From positions 53,010,001-53,074,000 of the forward strand of contig OZ024740.1 of NCBI GenBank assembly GCA_964016885.1: a stretch of 64,000 nucleotides of DNA. The letters are read 5' to 3'. Positions 1-13,376 of the stretch are shown here, piece after piece; within the stretch, counting starts at the first letter, position 1, and every line of letters starts with the position of its first letter. The translations under genes were made by a program, and so were the position numbers. This DNA is from Eledone cirrhosa (taxonomy: Eukaryota). The notes under the pieces are model-generated. The model did not search any database. It was not told the DNA's origin and saw only the letters and a program-made list of their open reading frames with translations.

Positions 1-469
<469 letters not shown>

Positions 470-470
<1 letters not shown>

Positions 471-2127
471 TAAACCCTCCAGTAACCATTTCGTTCTATC
501 CGATAGAACTAACAACTTATATGAACTTGATCCTACCACCTTCAGTCAATTACTAGACAAGTCAATACAATCTAAATATGAGAAAGCCGATCCGTCGATA
601 AGGCCCTGGACTTTCCCGGTAGATTAAGTGACATACATGACTTGGAACAACTGGTAAAATCCTTCTCTTCAACAGGGGTGAGACCTGAATTAAGAAATTT
701 GCGACAAACGACTGCTTTGATATTTCTATGGGATTGTTTGACAGCGCGGAAATTTGCAATTTCGTGGGGCTCTGTATCTTGGATACCTTACGCAGTAAAT
801 TGCCGGATTTCCAGACGGGTTTATGCCAGGACGATGGTCTGGTCCTTACAAGCCATTAAAATGGCCACAACCTCGATACCTTTATGGAAGAGTTAATCAT
901 TACTTTTAGTGAACTAGGGCTAAAAATCACTGTATCCACCAACCTTACTAGTGTTAACTTCTTAGATTTCAACCTAGGCCTATGTACACACTCCCATAAA
1001 TCCTTCCATAAGACTAGCGAAAACCTTAGATACTTCACAAGAACTCTTACCAAATATTCAGTTAAGAATATTCAAATATTTAGTTAAGAATATCAACAAG
1101 CGGATCTCTAACCTCTCTTCTAACTAAATAATTTTCGATAGGGCAACCGGCTACTATAATACAGCCTTACGCGATAGCGGCTTCTCCGAGAATACTTCCT
1201 ACTCCAGTCCACTCCCCAAATACTAATAGGAAAAAAACCTAGAAATCAACCAAAATCTGGTTCTCTCCTCTTTCCTCTTGAAATGTCAAAACTAATGTCG
1301 GGAAAAAACACACACTTCTTCCTAGGACACAAATACCATTAGATCTTTAATCCTCATAAGATCAAAATTGGATACTCCTATGCCAGGAACATAAAGTCAT
1401 GCCTCTTGCATAAAGAACAGTGCCCCCAAAATATATGGATGTTCTTGTAGACAACCTGGGTCATGCCCACTGGTGATAATATACGAAGCTGAGGTCTCTC
1501 TATTGAATCAACACCATCAAAACAAATCCTGGAAATACGTCGGTATGCTAAAGAGCGGTTTAAAAATCTCATCCTCAATCATGAAACGACTTTTAGATAC
1601 TCAAATAAAAAACAAACAAACATTAAGTTTGGCAAATTAGATATGTCAACTCAATGACAAGAACAGAATTTTCTATCAAATAGAAAATACTAGAAAAAAT
1701 CTCGACTACACATAAATGGGCTCAAGGTTTGCAGGTTATGCAATGACGAGAAATGGTGGATATTGAATAATCTTCACAACAATAACGAACCTCTTATCAC
1801 ATGTAAAGTGTTCTCGCGATGTTCTCACGTTTAAAGAACTGGCCTCCTTAATAATGATTTACATTTTTTAATCTAATGATTTTTTTCTTGTTCCCTAATA
1901 ATTATTAACTAATTTAGCGTTTGCTCCCCTCATTTCGGTCAAGTTGTCTCTCCTAAAACACCCAGGTTATCTTCCCTTGATTTGCGGCTCTTCTCTCTTT
2001 TTTCTGTATTGCCCTTTTTGAGTAAATATTTTCCGGTTCATTTTCATCAGCACAGGTTGAACAAGCTGGTAATACGGGAAAACGAAACGTACGTACTTGG
2101 CATGGTGTCGTTGTAGTAACTGGCCTA

Positions 2128-2128
<1 letters not shown>
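470..2128 (+). mobile_element. Decayed Penelope-like element (Naiad-type RT + GIY-YIG remnants)
   Basis: Fragmented translations FDISMGLFDSAEICNFVG (~715), GL..DDGL (~820), LGLKITVSTNLTSVNFLDFNL (884-1087), CRLCNDEKWWIL (~1730); these motifs match the better-preserved copy at 24530-26673. Many stops and frameshifts. Confidence 0.8.
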
Positions 2129-2170
<42 letters not shown>

Positions 2171-2189
2171 TTAAAAAACAACAAAAAAG

Positions 2190-5100
2190 AAAGCCCCGTG
2201 ACCAAGAAATACCGGGATGGCGGCCGGCGGGGAATAGCCGTGTCTTTAGGGGAGGATGACCCCTCTAGTCTTGGTTGACACTCGTCCTAGAAGTGGTAAC
2301 ACGAAATGATTTAACGCGACAAAATAAAGTAAATGTCAAATGATAAAATCTCATACCGAATCGGCCGTCACCCGGGTCAAAAAGGGCCGCGTCCCTCAGA
2401 GAAGAACCAGACTGGGGTCGAAAAATCAGCTAATGGTTCAAACCTTCCCATCACTTCAGAGCTGGAGACCTCCCATAGCCGGAATACTCCTACTGTTGGC
2501 CCTCCATGCTCACCATCAAGAAATGCTCACCACCAAGAAATCCAAAGAAAAAGAGAGAAAAATGGTCAAGGGAAGACAATAAAGAAGTCCTTGAGGCTTT
2601 CTACACTGCCATGTACTACCCATCAAATAGATCGAATACAGAACAAACATTTATCAACTGGAAAAAGAAACATCCCGAAAACAGAGGCTATATTGACAGT
2701 AACAAACTAGCCAATATACGAAGAAATATTGTTAAAAAAGAGTTACTAACTGATATAGAAATTGATCAGCTATTAGCACAAAGTCAGCGAAGGGAAAATG
2801 AAACATGTGTCAGTGAAAACGAGGTAAATTGTAACACTTTCGAATCCCAGGGTTGGGGCGGAATCACTGAAAACAGAACAAATTAAAGAAAGGATCGAAA
2901 AAGTGGAGGGAGTGCATGCTCAAGATGAAACTCAAATGAAAACAATGAGATCGTAAATGATAAAGAAACGAATGAGAATGAACTTGCCAACTTGAAGGAT
3001 GAAATTATGATCGAATGGATGAAAATGAAAGAATCTGACATGGGGAACGAGACACTCTCCCTAAGATCCAGAACTCCAAACAGAACCAAAAGATAATACA
3101 CAAGACTAACATAATTCTCAAAAACATTATCATCACAAACAAACTAAACATTACTGATTTAAATCATCTCTATTATGCATCGGCTAAAGTCACCACTCAC
3201 TTATGTGGAGTGAAAATGAAAAAAACAAAGGAATTCCCACAAGAAATCTACTTGGCAAGAGAACATCAATTGCCAAATAAACCTTCTCTGATCTGACATA
3301 GAAATTTTAACAAACTACAAAGTAGGAGAACATGTTAAACAAACTAAACTTAGAAAATTGAAAAGAAAATACAGTCAACAAGTGACATAGACATGCTGAT
3401 AGAAATAATCAAGCAAAAAGTGTCGGCCAAAGCTACTCGTATAAGGCGCTTTGAAAAACTATCTAGATTCTATAAGGACAATAATATGTTCAAAAATAAC
3501 CAAAGAAACTTCTACAGAAAAATTGGCAAGTCAACAATAACTGCTAAATCAATACCACCCAAGGAGGAAGTGCAAGAATTCTGGGAAAAGATATGGCCCG
3601 AAGAAAAAGTTCATAATATACATGCCTCATGGATAGACAGACAAATGAAAGATACAGCTCACCTTGAGGAACAAACATGGGAAAATATAACAGTTGAACA
3701 GTTACGTTTGGCTCTTAGAAAAACCAGCAAATAGAAATCCCTAGGAAAAGACAAAATACCACATTTTTGGATAAATGCCTTCACAGAGTCTCATGAGCTG
3801 TTAGCCCAACATTACAATGAAATAGTTAAGGAGCCAGAAAAGATACCATCATGGTTAGTTAACGGCATTACATTCCTGCTTCCGAAGAATGATGAGACAA
3901 ACAATCCCAAACATTACAGACCGATAACTTGATTGACCACAATGTATAACATTTTAACATCAGTCCTAACTGAATATACATATGACCACCTGATAACAAA
4001 TGATCAGAAAGGGTGTAAACGAGGCTCATATGGCTGTACGGATCAGCTTTTGGTTAACAAAATGATACTGGAAGATTGTCATAATAGACACAAAAATCTA
4101 TCAATTGCTTGGATAGATTATAAAAAAGCATTCGATAGTTTGCCACACAGTTGGATTGGAAAATGTTTAGAGATTTTCAAAATATCTCCCGTTATCAGGA
4201 GGTTCCCGTCATTCAGTATGAAGCCATGGAAAACGACACTCCTTTTGAATAGTGAAAAAAAATCACTGGAAGCTGGAGAAGTTAATATTAATTGTGGAAT
4301 TGTTCAGGGTGATTCTTCATCACCGCTTTTATTCTGCACCGCACTTATACCATTAAGTAAAATGCTCAATGAAACAAAACATGGATATAAAGTCTATGAC
4401 AAAACCATTAATCACCTGTTCTACATGGATGACCTGAAACTATTTGCAAAACATTATGAACAATTGCAAGGGCTATTATCCACTGTGGAGCAGTTCAGTG
4501 AGGACATTAAAATGGCGTTGGACTAGATAAATGCGCCAAAGCAACGTTCACCAGAGGAAAGCTGCTGAAAAGTTCAGACATTAATCTTGATCGGGGGAAT
4601 GTGATAAGAGAACTTGATCAAGAGGAAACTTACAAATATCTAGGTGTTTGTGAAGGAGACGGAATCAAGCACTCAACAATGAGGGAAAGGATAAGGAAGG
4701 AATGTTACCACAGAGTAAGAGCAATCTTAAGAACGGAATTGAATGCAAGGAATAGGATCGATGCCATAAACACGCTTGCCATACCAGTTACAAAAACCTA
4801 CAGTTACAAAATCATCAACTGGTCAAGCACAGATATCCGTAGGCTCGATACAAGAATTAGAAAATTCTTAACCATGCACAAAATGTATCACCCTAAGGCA
4901 GATACAGATAGAATATATCTCCCTAGGAAAGAAGGAGGAGGTGGGTTAATCCAGTTAGATATTGCGTTGAAAACTGCAACAATTGGATTATCTACATATC
5001 TAGGGAATCACATGATTGGATGATCAAACTCGTTATGAAACACGAAAGCATCAAAAGATCATACTCCAAAAGATGCACAAAGATACAGTAATGGACTAAA

Positions 5101-6107
5101 AATTTCAGAAGTCCCATTTACTGCTGAAATGGAAAACACAGAAAAAGCAGAAATGGAAAACACAGAAAAAAAAATAACTGCAAAGAAAGAACTGCTACAG
5201 AAACTGGCTAAGAAATGGCAAGAAAAGCCTCTGTATGGAAAATACCCAGAAAGAGCTAACAATCCTGATGTTGACAAAACTTTAACCCATCAGTGGTTGG
5301 CCTCCTCTGGACTGAAATCGGAGACTGAAGGACTGATTATATCAGCACAAGATCAGTGTCTGCCAACAAAAAATTACCAAGCCAACATAATAAAAAATGG
5401 ATGTAACCCATTATGCCGTGTATGTAAAAAACAACCAGAGACCATAGTGCAGTCCTATAGCTCCAACCGAATACCTAAACAGGCATCACAGAGCTGCACA
5501 ATACATACATTGGATAATGTGTAAGCATTTTGACCTGCCCCATCAAAAGAATTGGTGGGAGCATCAACCACCTCCCATACTTGAAAAAGATTACATCTCA
5601 ATCTTGTGGAACTTTAGCATCCAAACAGACCGAAAAATAGATGCAAATAGACCTGATATAATATTGAAGGAATTTTAAAAGAGGGTATGCCTGCTAATTG
5701 ATATGTCCATTCCAATAGACAAGAATGTATCTATAAAAACATTTGAAAAATTGAGCAAATATAAGGACCTGGAGATAGAAATTGGAAAAATGTGGAAATT
5801 GAGAACTAAAACAATACCAGTGGTTGTAGGCGCACTAGGAATGATACCTAAGGAGTCTAATGATTACTTATCGCAAATCCCAGGAAACCCGCGTATAGGA
5901 GAAATACAAAAGATAGTACTAATGGGAACTGCCCATATACTAAGGAAGATTCTGTTAATATAAGTACATCACAAGTCTAAACACCTAAAGATACATGTGT
6001 GTGTATGTATGTTCTTTCTTGAACATGGCGGACCTTGTTGTCTCTTGAGGTCACTGGTTGTGACTTGGTGATAACTCGTATGAACCTAAAGCAAGATAAA
6101 TGCAACT

Positions 6108-6108
<1 letters not shown>
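2190..6108 (+). mobile_element. R4/Dong-clade non-LTR retrotransposon (RT + CCHC + restriction-like endonuclease), near full length, disrupted
   Basis: KWSREDNKEVLEAFY N-terminus; RT motifs QKGCKRGSYGC, AWIDYKKAFDSLPH, GIVQGDS, HLFYMDDLKL, YKYLG; ETEGLIISAQDQ, CRVCKKQPET, DANRPDII, IDMSIP..KYKDL..PVVVGALG. Flanked on both sides by (TAA)n, the known Dong target. Confidence 0.9.
2333..5963 (+). pseudogene. Disrupted ORF of the R4/Dong element
   Basis: ORF pieces 2506-2886, 3393-3734, 3933-4526, 4601-5023, 5129-5524, 5703-5963 are collinear parts of one RT-RLE protein. Confidence 0.88.
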
Positions 6109-6145
<37 letters not shown>

Positions 6146-6147
<2 letters not shown>

Positions 6148-6240
6148 TTTCTTTATTGGCCACAAGGGCTGACATCAAGAACAACATTACAGACGGCACA
6201 GGACGGTACAGGACGGTACGATGTGGGTTTTGTGCGTGTA
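6146..6240 (-). mobile_element. 3' tip of a Tx1-like LINE
   Basis: Same 3' end (CCCTTGTGGCCAATAAAGAAATC-(ATT)n on -) as 6454-7255, and related to 45408. Confidence 0.75.
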
Positions 6241-6246
6241 AATAAT

Positions 6247-6434
6247 AATTGTTTCTACTTTTGCCACAAGGCCACAATTACCTAGTGCATTACTGGTACT
6301 TTATTTATCGACCCCGTAAGGATGAAAGGCAAAGTCAACCTCGGCGGGATTTGAACTCAGAATGGCAAGTCCCGTAACTCTATGCGTCAAAGCATGTCGT
6401 CTGAACCTCTACCGATACTGCCAATCCACCGCCT
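6247..6434 (-). mobile_element. tRNA-derived SINE, family A
   Basis: Minus strand: box A TGGCAGTATCGG, box B GAGTTCAAATCC, central GCCTTTCATCCTTACGGGGTCGATAAA..GTACC, tail CCTTGTGxCAAAAGTAGAAACAATTA; about 14 copies in the window. Confidence 0.85.
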
Positions 6435-6453
6435 TTGTAAATAATAATAATAA

Positions 6454-7255
6454 TGATTTCTTTATTGGCCACAAGGGCTGACATCAAGAAAAACATTACA
6501 GACGGCACAGGACGGTAGAGGACGGTACGATGTGGGTTTTATGCGTGTAAATATTTTTATTATTTATATAAGAAAAGAAAAAAAGGACATAGAAACATAT
6601 ATATATATAAACAATAAAAATGAAAATTGAAACAATGATAAATTCCCCAATAGGGGGGAAACCTCCGAGGGTTACTCGTGGCGAAAACCACACAAAAGAC
6701 CACGGCCATCCTGACCACCAGGGCAACCGCCCTCTCTCAATTTTTCCATTTCTCAAACTACAGACGTATATTCAGAGTGGTCCCGTTCACTCGGACCATT
6801 CTCGCTACATTCACCCACCTTTCAACAAACTTGCTGAAGGCAGCACTTGCCTCTCCATCCTGATTTTCCTCTTCAAGTGAAACTTGAAAAAGTTAATTAG
6901 GGATTCGCCGAAGAGGAAAGTGTCTGTCTTTAACCCTTTTAACCTTGTCCACCACACAATCTCTTTCGCCATGGCCACCAGGCAGATGAAAACCGCCTGC
7001 CCTTCCTCCTCGAAGGAAGACGGCGAGACCATCTGCACAATGGACTCAGTTGACAACTGGATCAATCCTATACGCGACAGCAACTGTTCGACATAGCTCC
7101 ACAAGTCAGCAATGCTCGGGCACTGAACGAGTGCGTGCACAACGGTTTCGTCGCTCTGCGCGCATCTCGGACAGGCTCGGCTGACGGCACTTCCGAGCCC
7201 GTAGAGCTTATCTCGAACCGGCAGCGCTCCCCGGTAGCATTGCCAGGCCAGGGAA
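6454..7255 (-). mobile_element. 5'-truncated Tx1-like LINE (ORF2 C-terminus + 3'UTR)
   Basis: HALVQCPSIADLWSYVEQLLSRIG...AKEIVWWTRLKGLKT is homologous to the C-terminus of the 45-48 kb ORF2 and to 51458-51679. Confidence 0.85.
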
Positions 7256-7259
7256 TCAT

Positions 7260-7345
7260 AATATCTGAGGCTGCAGGTAGCGGCTTGATATTCATTTCAA
7301 CAAACTTTCCAGTTAAATAACATCAATGACTAAGACTCAAAGAAC
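7260..7345 (+). mobile_element. 3' tip of a second R4/Dong-like family
   Basis: Nearly identical to 52420-52507 and 52890-52976 (AATATCTGAGGCTGCAGGTAGCGG...GACTCAAAGAA-(TAA)n). Confidence 0.8.
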
Positions 7346-7366
7346 AACAATAATAATAATAATAAT

Positions 7367-7491
7367 GATTTCATTTATTGGCCACAAGGGCCGACATGTA
7401 GGGGACAATGCAAAGACAGGGACAGTGGGGGTTTACAATAAAGTCGAGTAAAAGTGCACAATGGCTCGACCTTATTGTAAACCCCCACTGT
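7367..7491 (-). mobile_element. 3' tip of a Tx1-like subfamily with a short 5' inversion
   Basis: TTTCATTTATTGGCCACAAGGGCCGACATG matches 52537 and 55690; inverted repeat ACAGTGGGGGTTTACAATAA..TTATTGTAAACCCCCACTGT. Confidence 0.65.
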
Positions 7492-8104
7492 AATAATATA
7501 TATATATCCCTTCCTATCTTTTATTTTTGTCTCTCCATCTGTCACCCCCCCTTCCCATGTTGCTGCTGATACTTCCAATGTCATCTCGCCTGCTGCTGCT
7601 GCTGTTCCCGTCGGAATAACAGACACCCTCTTTTCGTGTCGACCATCGCTCGATACGGACGCGTTCCACTGCTCTGTTCTTTTGTCATGTATATTTCGTC
7701 ACATCAACAGGCACTTTGGTTCTGTTGCATGGGCTAGCCTTATATACATGGTCATTACTTTTCCCGTGTGAAACCATGTGGTCTGGAGAGGTCATCACGA
7801 GGCTATAGTTCTGTATTTCTCCTTAGTTTATATTCTTCATTCTTTCTCCTTCATTTTTTTCATCTTTCACAATTCTCCAAATATATTTTGCTGCACCGAA
7901 CGCATTTCTACTGTCCTCCATTCCCCTTCTTTTCTTTTCTCTCTCTCAGTATGCGCCCCTCTCATTTCTCATCTGATGTTTTGTTCCATTATTCCCCTCT
8001 CTCCGTTCTTCCGCTCAGTATGTGGTTAGATTTTAACCCGACCTTTTGCTATTCACATATCAATCAACTATTCCCGCGCAGAGATTCCTAGTTTTATGAA
8101 TTTA

Positions 8105-8179
<75 letters not shown>

Positions 8180-8186
<7 letters not shown>

Positions 8187-8258
8187 AAACAGATTAAAAT
8201 TCAAGCAAAGAATTACTGCTTTCACCCTTAACGGGATCTTATAAAAACCAACGGGTTT
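8180..8258 (-). mobile_element. Penelope pLTR stub (same family as 24335-27765)
   Basis: ACAGATTAAAATTCAAGCAAAGAAT..GCTTTCACCCTTAACGGGATCTT matches 24442-24493. Confidence 0.75.
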
Positions 8259-8670
8259 ATATATATATATATATATATACGTAGGATAACAATTAATCAT
8301 TACAGGCACCAAGTATGTACACATGCATTTAGGTGCGAGCAACTTTGCTCAATTATAACATGTTCTAGCTGCTACCCGAACCCTAACCAGTACTAGGGTG
8401 GGTCGATCTCTATGGCAAAAATAATAATATTGAGCGTTTGTAAATTAAATCGAAATATCCCATAATTCTTGTTTCCTATTGCTCTTGTTTCCTATTGTAT
8501 TCAAACGAATACACAGATAAACATATAAAATTCATTTTCACACTTTATAAGATAAAGAAATATAGAACTACACAGCCCCCCCCCCACACACACATTTAAA
8601 ACACCCATACTCACATATGTAATGTATCTTATACATGCGCAAACGTATGCATAGATACAGACTCACTATT

Positions 8671-8954
8671 ACTAGACCTGAAAAATGCGGAAGCTCAAAA
8701 GAGCCACAGAATGTTATAATAAACCTTCAAAAGTGTGGGACTAGAGTTGTTGCTAAAAAATATTGTAATCATTATCTTTCGTACACTCTGTGGCATCCTT
8801 TTATAAAAAAGAGACTCATAATGATAATTATTTAAGCTAATGTTCAATATCTCATATTAGATGTTTAGTAATGATTAATGCGAAATGCATTTAAACCGAA
8901 TTCTATATTATAAATTCTGTGGCTCTTTTGAGCTGGCGCATTTTCAGGTCTAGT
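8671..8954. mobile_element. MITE-like element with ~43-bp terminal inverted repeats, superfamily unassigned
   Basis: ACTAGACCTGAAAAATGCGGAAGCTCAAAAGAGCCACAGAAT ... ATTCTGTGGCTCTTTTGAGCTGGCGCATTTTCAGGTCTAGT; no clean TSD visible. Confidence 0.7.
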
Positions 8955-9644
8955 TTAATATTTTTTTAAGACAACGCTTGTAGTATCTCTAGTTAAACAT
9001 GATATATATTAATAATAAATTAATGTAATTAGATTATATAATTGTTATTTTATAAATGATCTTATAAATATTATTGTAGGATGTATAAAAATATTTTCAG
9101 ACTTTTAATGTAAACAATTACAAAAAACAATCAATATTAAATAAATATATTTTACACAATAATTGTTATAGTTGAATTAATAAAAATTAAATATTACATA
9201 CAAATAGCCTAACATAATAATAATAAAAAAATCTAACATAATAATAATAAAATAATCTAACATAAAACGAACAATAATATGGATAAATATACATGTAAAT
9301 ATGATACAACCAATATTATAAAGCATGTTATAACAAACTGAAAAAAATTAGTTAATATAAATTAAAAAAATCATATATAAATTAACAATATAACTTATCA
9401 AAACGAGAAAAATATTTTGATGATAAACGATGAAATACAGGAGGAAGATTCGAAAGCGAAACGATAAATAAACGTGGAAACAAAGTGGCGGATGCTTTTG
9501 AGCAATAATTACTCTCATTGGTTGATTAGCCAAAAAGACGATGAAATTAGCCAATAAAAAGATGTTCGCCAGCGAAACCCCTTGAATTTTTGATTCACAA
9601 GCTACGCATATATGTCAGTCAGACACGCAGACTTAAACCATTCT

Positions 9645-9882
9645 GTTGTTAGTCACTGCGTGTCTAACAGATAGAGGCGTGAGTTACATTTTCGTTGGCA
9701 CGCTGTTTCCCTTCCACTCAGCTGCCAAAATGAATTGGGCCATGCTGATTCTCCCTGAGACCTATGTTTATATGCACGTGTCTGTAGATGCTCAGCCACT
9801 TCCATGTTCATTTCACGAGCAGCGGTGTTCTGTCGATCAAACTATTGTAGCACTCGTCGTCGTAACCGACTGAGGTGCAATA
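9645..9882 (+). mobile_element. Degenerate SINE
   Basis: CCACTCAGCTGCCAAAATGA resembles the ACTCAGCTGAAAATGAG block of the SINE at 37617; ends in a CA microsatellite. Confidence 0.45.
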
Positions 9883-9938
9883 CACACGATCTCACCCCTC
9901 CCCACAAATACATGCACACACACTCCAACACACACTCT

Positions 9939-9999
<61 letters not shown>

Positions 10000-10010
10000 G
10001 TATATATATG

Positions 10011-10060
<50 letters not shown>

Positions 10061-10080
10061 AATTTGGTACCCTTGAATTA

Positions 10081-10914
10081 TCTGTATATATATAAAATTA
10101 AGTATGTGTGTGTGTGTGTGTGTGTCTGTGTGTCTGTGTGTCTGTGTGTCTGTGTGTCTGAGTATTACCTATAGGGCCTACATCTTACGACCGATTTTCA
10201 TGAAACTTTACAGGCTCATAGATTCGTCATCGGGGACTGTTTTCTATATATCAGCGTATCGTTTTTTTTTTCATTCAGGGGTCATTCTGCAGATAAAAAT
10301 TGATAGGGGGGTCACCTTTTTTTAGGTAACGAAAAATAAGATTTTTGGCTCTAGCTCCCACATCTTGCCACCGATTTCGTTCAAATTTTAAAGCAAAATA
10401 GAATCTATCATTGCACATCCTGTAATGGGTTTATATTTTGCATTTATTGTTCAGGAACGGCGTGGCAGCCGCTCAAATATTAAAAAATACCACTTTTAGA
10501 CTCAAATTTCCACTTTTTCGGCTCTAGCTCCCACATTAATCAACCTACTTTGTTCAAATTTTAAACTACGCTAGATCTGATTATTTCACGTCTTAAATGG
10601 ATTTTTTGTTCAGGAACGGCGTGGTAGCCGCTTAAATATTCGATAATACCACCTTTTCACTCAAATTTCCGCCTTTTCGGCTCTAGCTCCCACATTTTTC
10701 AACCGATTTCATTCAAATTCGAAACTCCCTCCCCCAGAATGCCCCTTCGTCAGTCACCCGCGTTTCTCAGTGATAGAGGTCATCACCATCCTCTCCCACA
10801 GGGCCTGTGAGTGGCCATAGATGAGTCATCGAGAAGCAGTCGCTAAGATCAACAGCTTTTCATCCAAGCAGATATTATTTTACCTACCCAGGTAACGCTG
10901 GGTACTGCTGCTAG
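10081..10914 (+). mobile_element. Non-autonomous Helitron
   Basis: 5' TC after A, 3' CTAG before T, subterminal hairpin ACCCAGGTAACGCTGGGT; internal repeats beginning GGCTCTAGCTCCCACAT; second copy at 41692-42321. Confidence 0.88.
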
Positions 10915-11055
10915 TATATAATAAATATGGTTTTATACAGATAGTTTCCATGTATTAATATCATTGATATTATACTCCTGAAGAAAGCTGTAGAGTACTT
11001 CGAATCTGTTATAAAAAAATTTGTTGAATAACCAACAAATTAAATATCTCTTTGC

Positions 11056-11153
<98 letters not shown>

Positions 11154-11411
11154 GTGTATAATGGTAGCTATGGTGCTTCCATAGGCGGTATGCCAAAATT
11201 AGCACTCGATATTCACCAGAGTAGAGTGTAGATAGTATAAAGAAAACGAAAAATCTTTGCTCCAGACGAAACACCCATGTCTGAAAGAACCCACAGAAGT
11301 AGAATCAGCCAGATCCATACAAGGACCATGTCTCGAGCTACCTGCCGGCGAAACAATTGTAACACGCAATAAATTAAGTCCAGATGCATCACTGATTTTT
11401 CGTTTTCTTTA

Positions 11412-11466
<55 letters not shown>

Positions 11467-11504
11467 TATATATATATAATATATATATATGTATACATAT
11501 ATAT

Positions 11505-11665
11505 ATATTTATTAAAATAACAGATTAAAATTTAAGCAAAGAATCGATGCTTTCCCCCTTAACGGTATCTTCTGAGTTTGCTCTATGTTTGCTCTATGGT
11601 TCTTATACATTTGATATATATTTATCCTTATCGAGACCTCTTTGGTCTTCACACTTATTATTATT
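11505..11665. mobile_element. Penelope pLTR stub with inversion (family of 24335-27765)
   Basis: First half matches 24428-24497; second half matches 27677-27760 in the opposite sense. Confidence 0.75.
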
Positions 11666-11797
11666 ACACACACACGCGCGCGCGCACGCACAGATACACA
11701 CACACACATATATATATATATGTAAAAGGTAAACAGAAATAACAACACCATATGGAAGGAATATATTAGTTAACGCTTAAAATAGCATGAAGAGGGT

Positions 11798-11831
11798 CTT
11801 AACGTTTCGGACGCTAGTCCTTCATCAAAAG
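11798..11831 (-). ncRNA. Minimal type I hammerhead-like motif (C3U)
   Basis: Minus: CTT TTGATGA A GGAC TAGC GTCC GAAA C GTT AAG; same family as 38159-38194 and the decayed copy at ~22187-22225. Confidence 0.6.
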
Positions 11832-12365
11832 CAAGAATGAGAAATTAGAAAGATGCAAGGTACGGGCGAGGTGGCATCAGAAAAAAAATGTTTTTAGTGA
11901 AAAAATGACAGGTCCATTCATGTTGCCATACCTTGGAAAACTGTTGATGCTGGCGTTTTGTGTATGATATACTTTTTTTTAGAAAATTGGATGATGAAGC
12001 GTGTCTATCGTGGCTGGACATCACATATATTTTATTACAGTGTATCATCTTTTGGGGGACTGCTAAAATCATTGTCTATGTCTTTCTTCGAATTACAAAC
12101 AAGTGACATAATACATTTCAGTCTATCCACACTGTATAAAGAGTATCCAACATTATCTTTGATGATTGAACTTCAAAGACTGGCTCAACAATTGTGGGCA
12201 GAATGTGATACTTGTTGAAAAGAATGAATTATCGTTTTACTTGAAGGTAAATCTAATAAGGTAAATCCAAATAGGTAAAAAGGTTTACTTAACAAATTAT
12301 GAAATACACTATTTGTTCGTTAGATAGGACATGAAAGAGCAGGACAGTTCATATTATATATATGA

Positions 12366-12540
12366 ATTGGCAGTATCGGTAGAGGGTCGGACGCCATGCT
12401 TTGCAGCATAGTTAGGTCCTTTACGGTCTGAGTTGAAATCCCGTCGAGGTTAACTTTGCCTTTCATCCTTACGGGGTCGATAAAATAAAGTAGCAGCAAT
12501 GCACTGGGATAATTGCTGGCCTCGTGCTAAAAGTAGAAAC

Positions 12541-12545
<5 letters not shown>
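12366..12545 (+). mobile_element. tRNA-derived SINE, family A
   Basis: Matches the family A consensus on +. Confidence 0.85.
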
Positions 12546-12593
<48 letters not shown>

Positions 12594-13376
12594 GCATCTG
12601 CTGTGGTGCATCTGCTGTGGTGTCAAAAACAAACGCACATGACCGCACAAATAAACAATGGACCATGCCACGTGACTTGAACCCGTAAGTGAATTGAAGG
12701 TTCTGCAACTCTGATACACATATTATTTATTATTAAGATGTATAAACTGGACATAACTATTATCATCTTATATTCTCTCAACTAATCACACTTGATCATA
12801 TTTCTCTATCCTGTTTTCTCCCCCCATAATTATTATATTTTTATTATTATTTGAAAAAATCGGTTTTTTTACATTGTGTTATCCCCTCCAAATATTCGCT
12901 TATATTTCTTTATATATTCTCTATATATATATTTTTTATCTTTATTATTTCCACTTTTATCCTCCTTTATATTTTACCTTATTCTTACTTTTATACCTTA
13001 TTATAGTGTAATCTTCCCCATGCCTTATTATACACTATTAATTATAGATTATTATTATTACTCTTTTTCCATTTCTAATTACCTCATGTACCTTCTCCTC
13101 CGCTATATATATATATATATTGTACGCCCTTTGTGTTTGTGTAGCCTCTGCGCACCCTCTGCACCATACTATCGACGCCACCCCATCTATGGTTCAGCTA
13201 ACCACCCGACTCCCGGGAATGAATATGACCGCAGCTAGTAAACAAGGACCCACACCCCACCCTCCCGCACCAAAATTAGACTTATCGTCCCCTACTTTTG
13301 CTCTTTACTCTCTTTACTCTTTGTTCTTGAATGTTTGGTTGGTAGAGTCCATAACACCAATCAAACCCCTTTTATA

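Noticed and set aside
6247-6434. tRNA genes at box A/box B motifs
   Set aside because: No cloverleaf or acceptor stem; these are SINE heads with common bodies.
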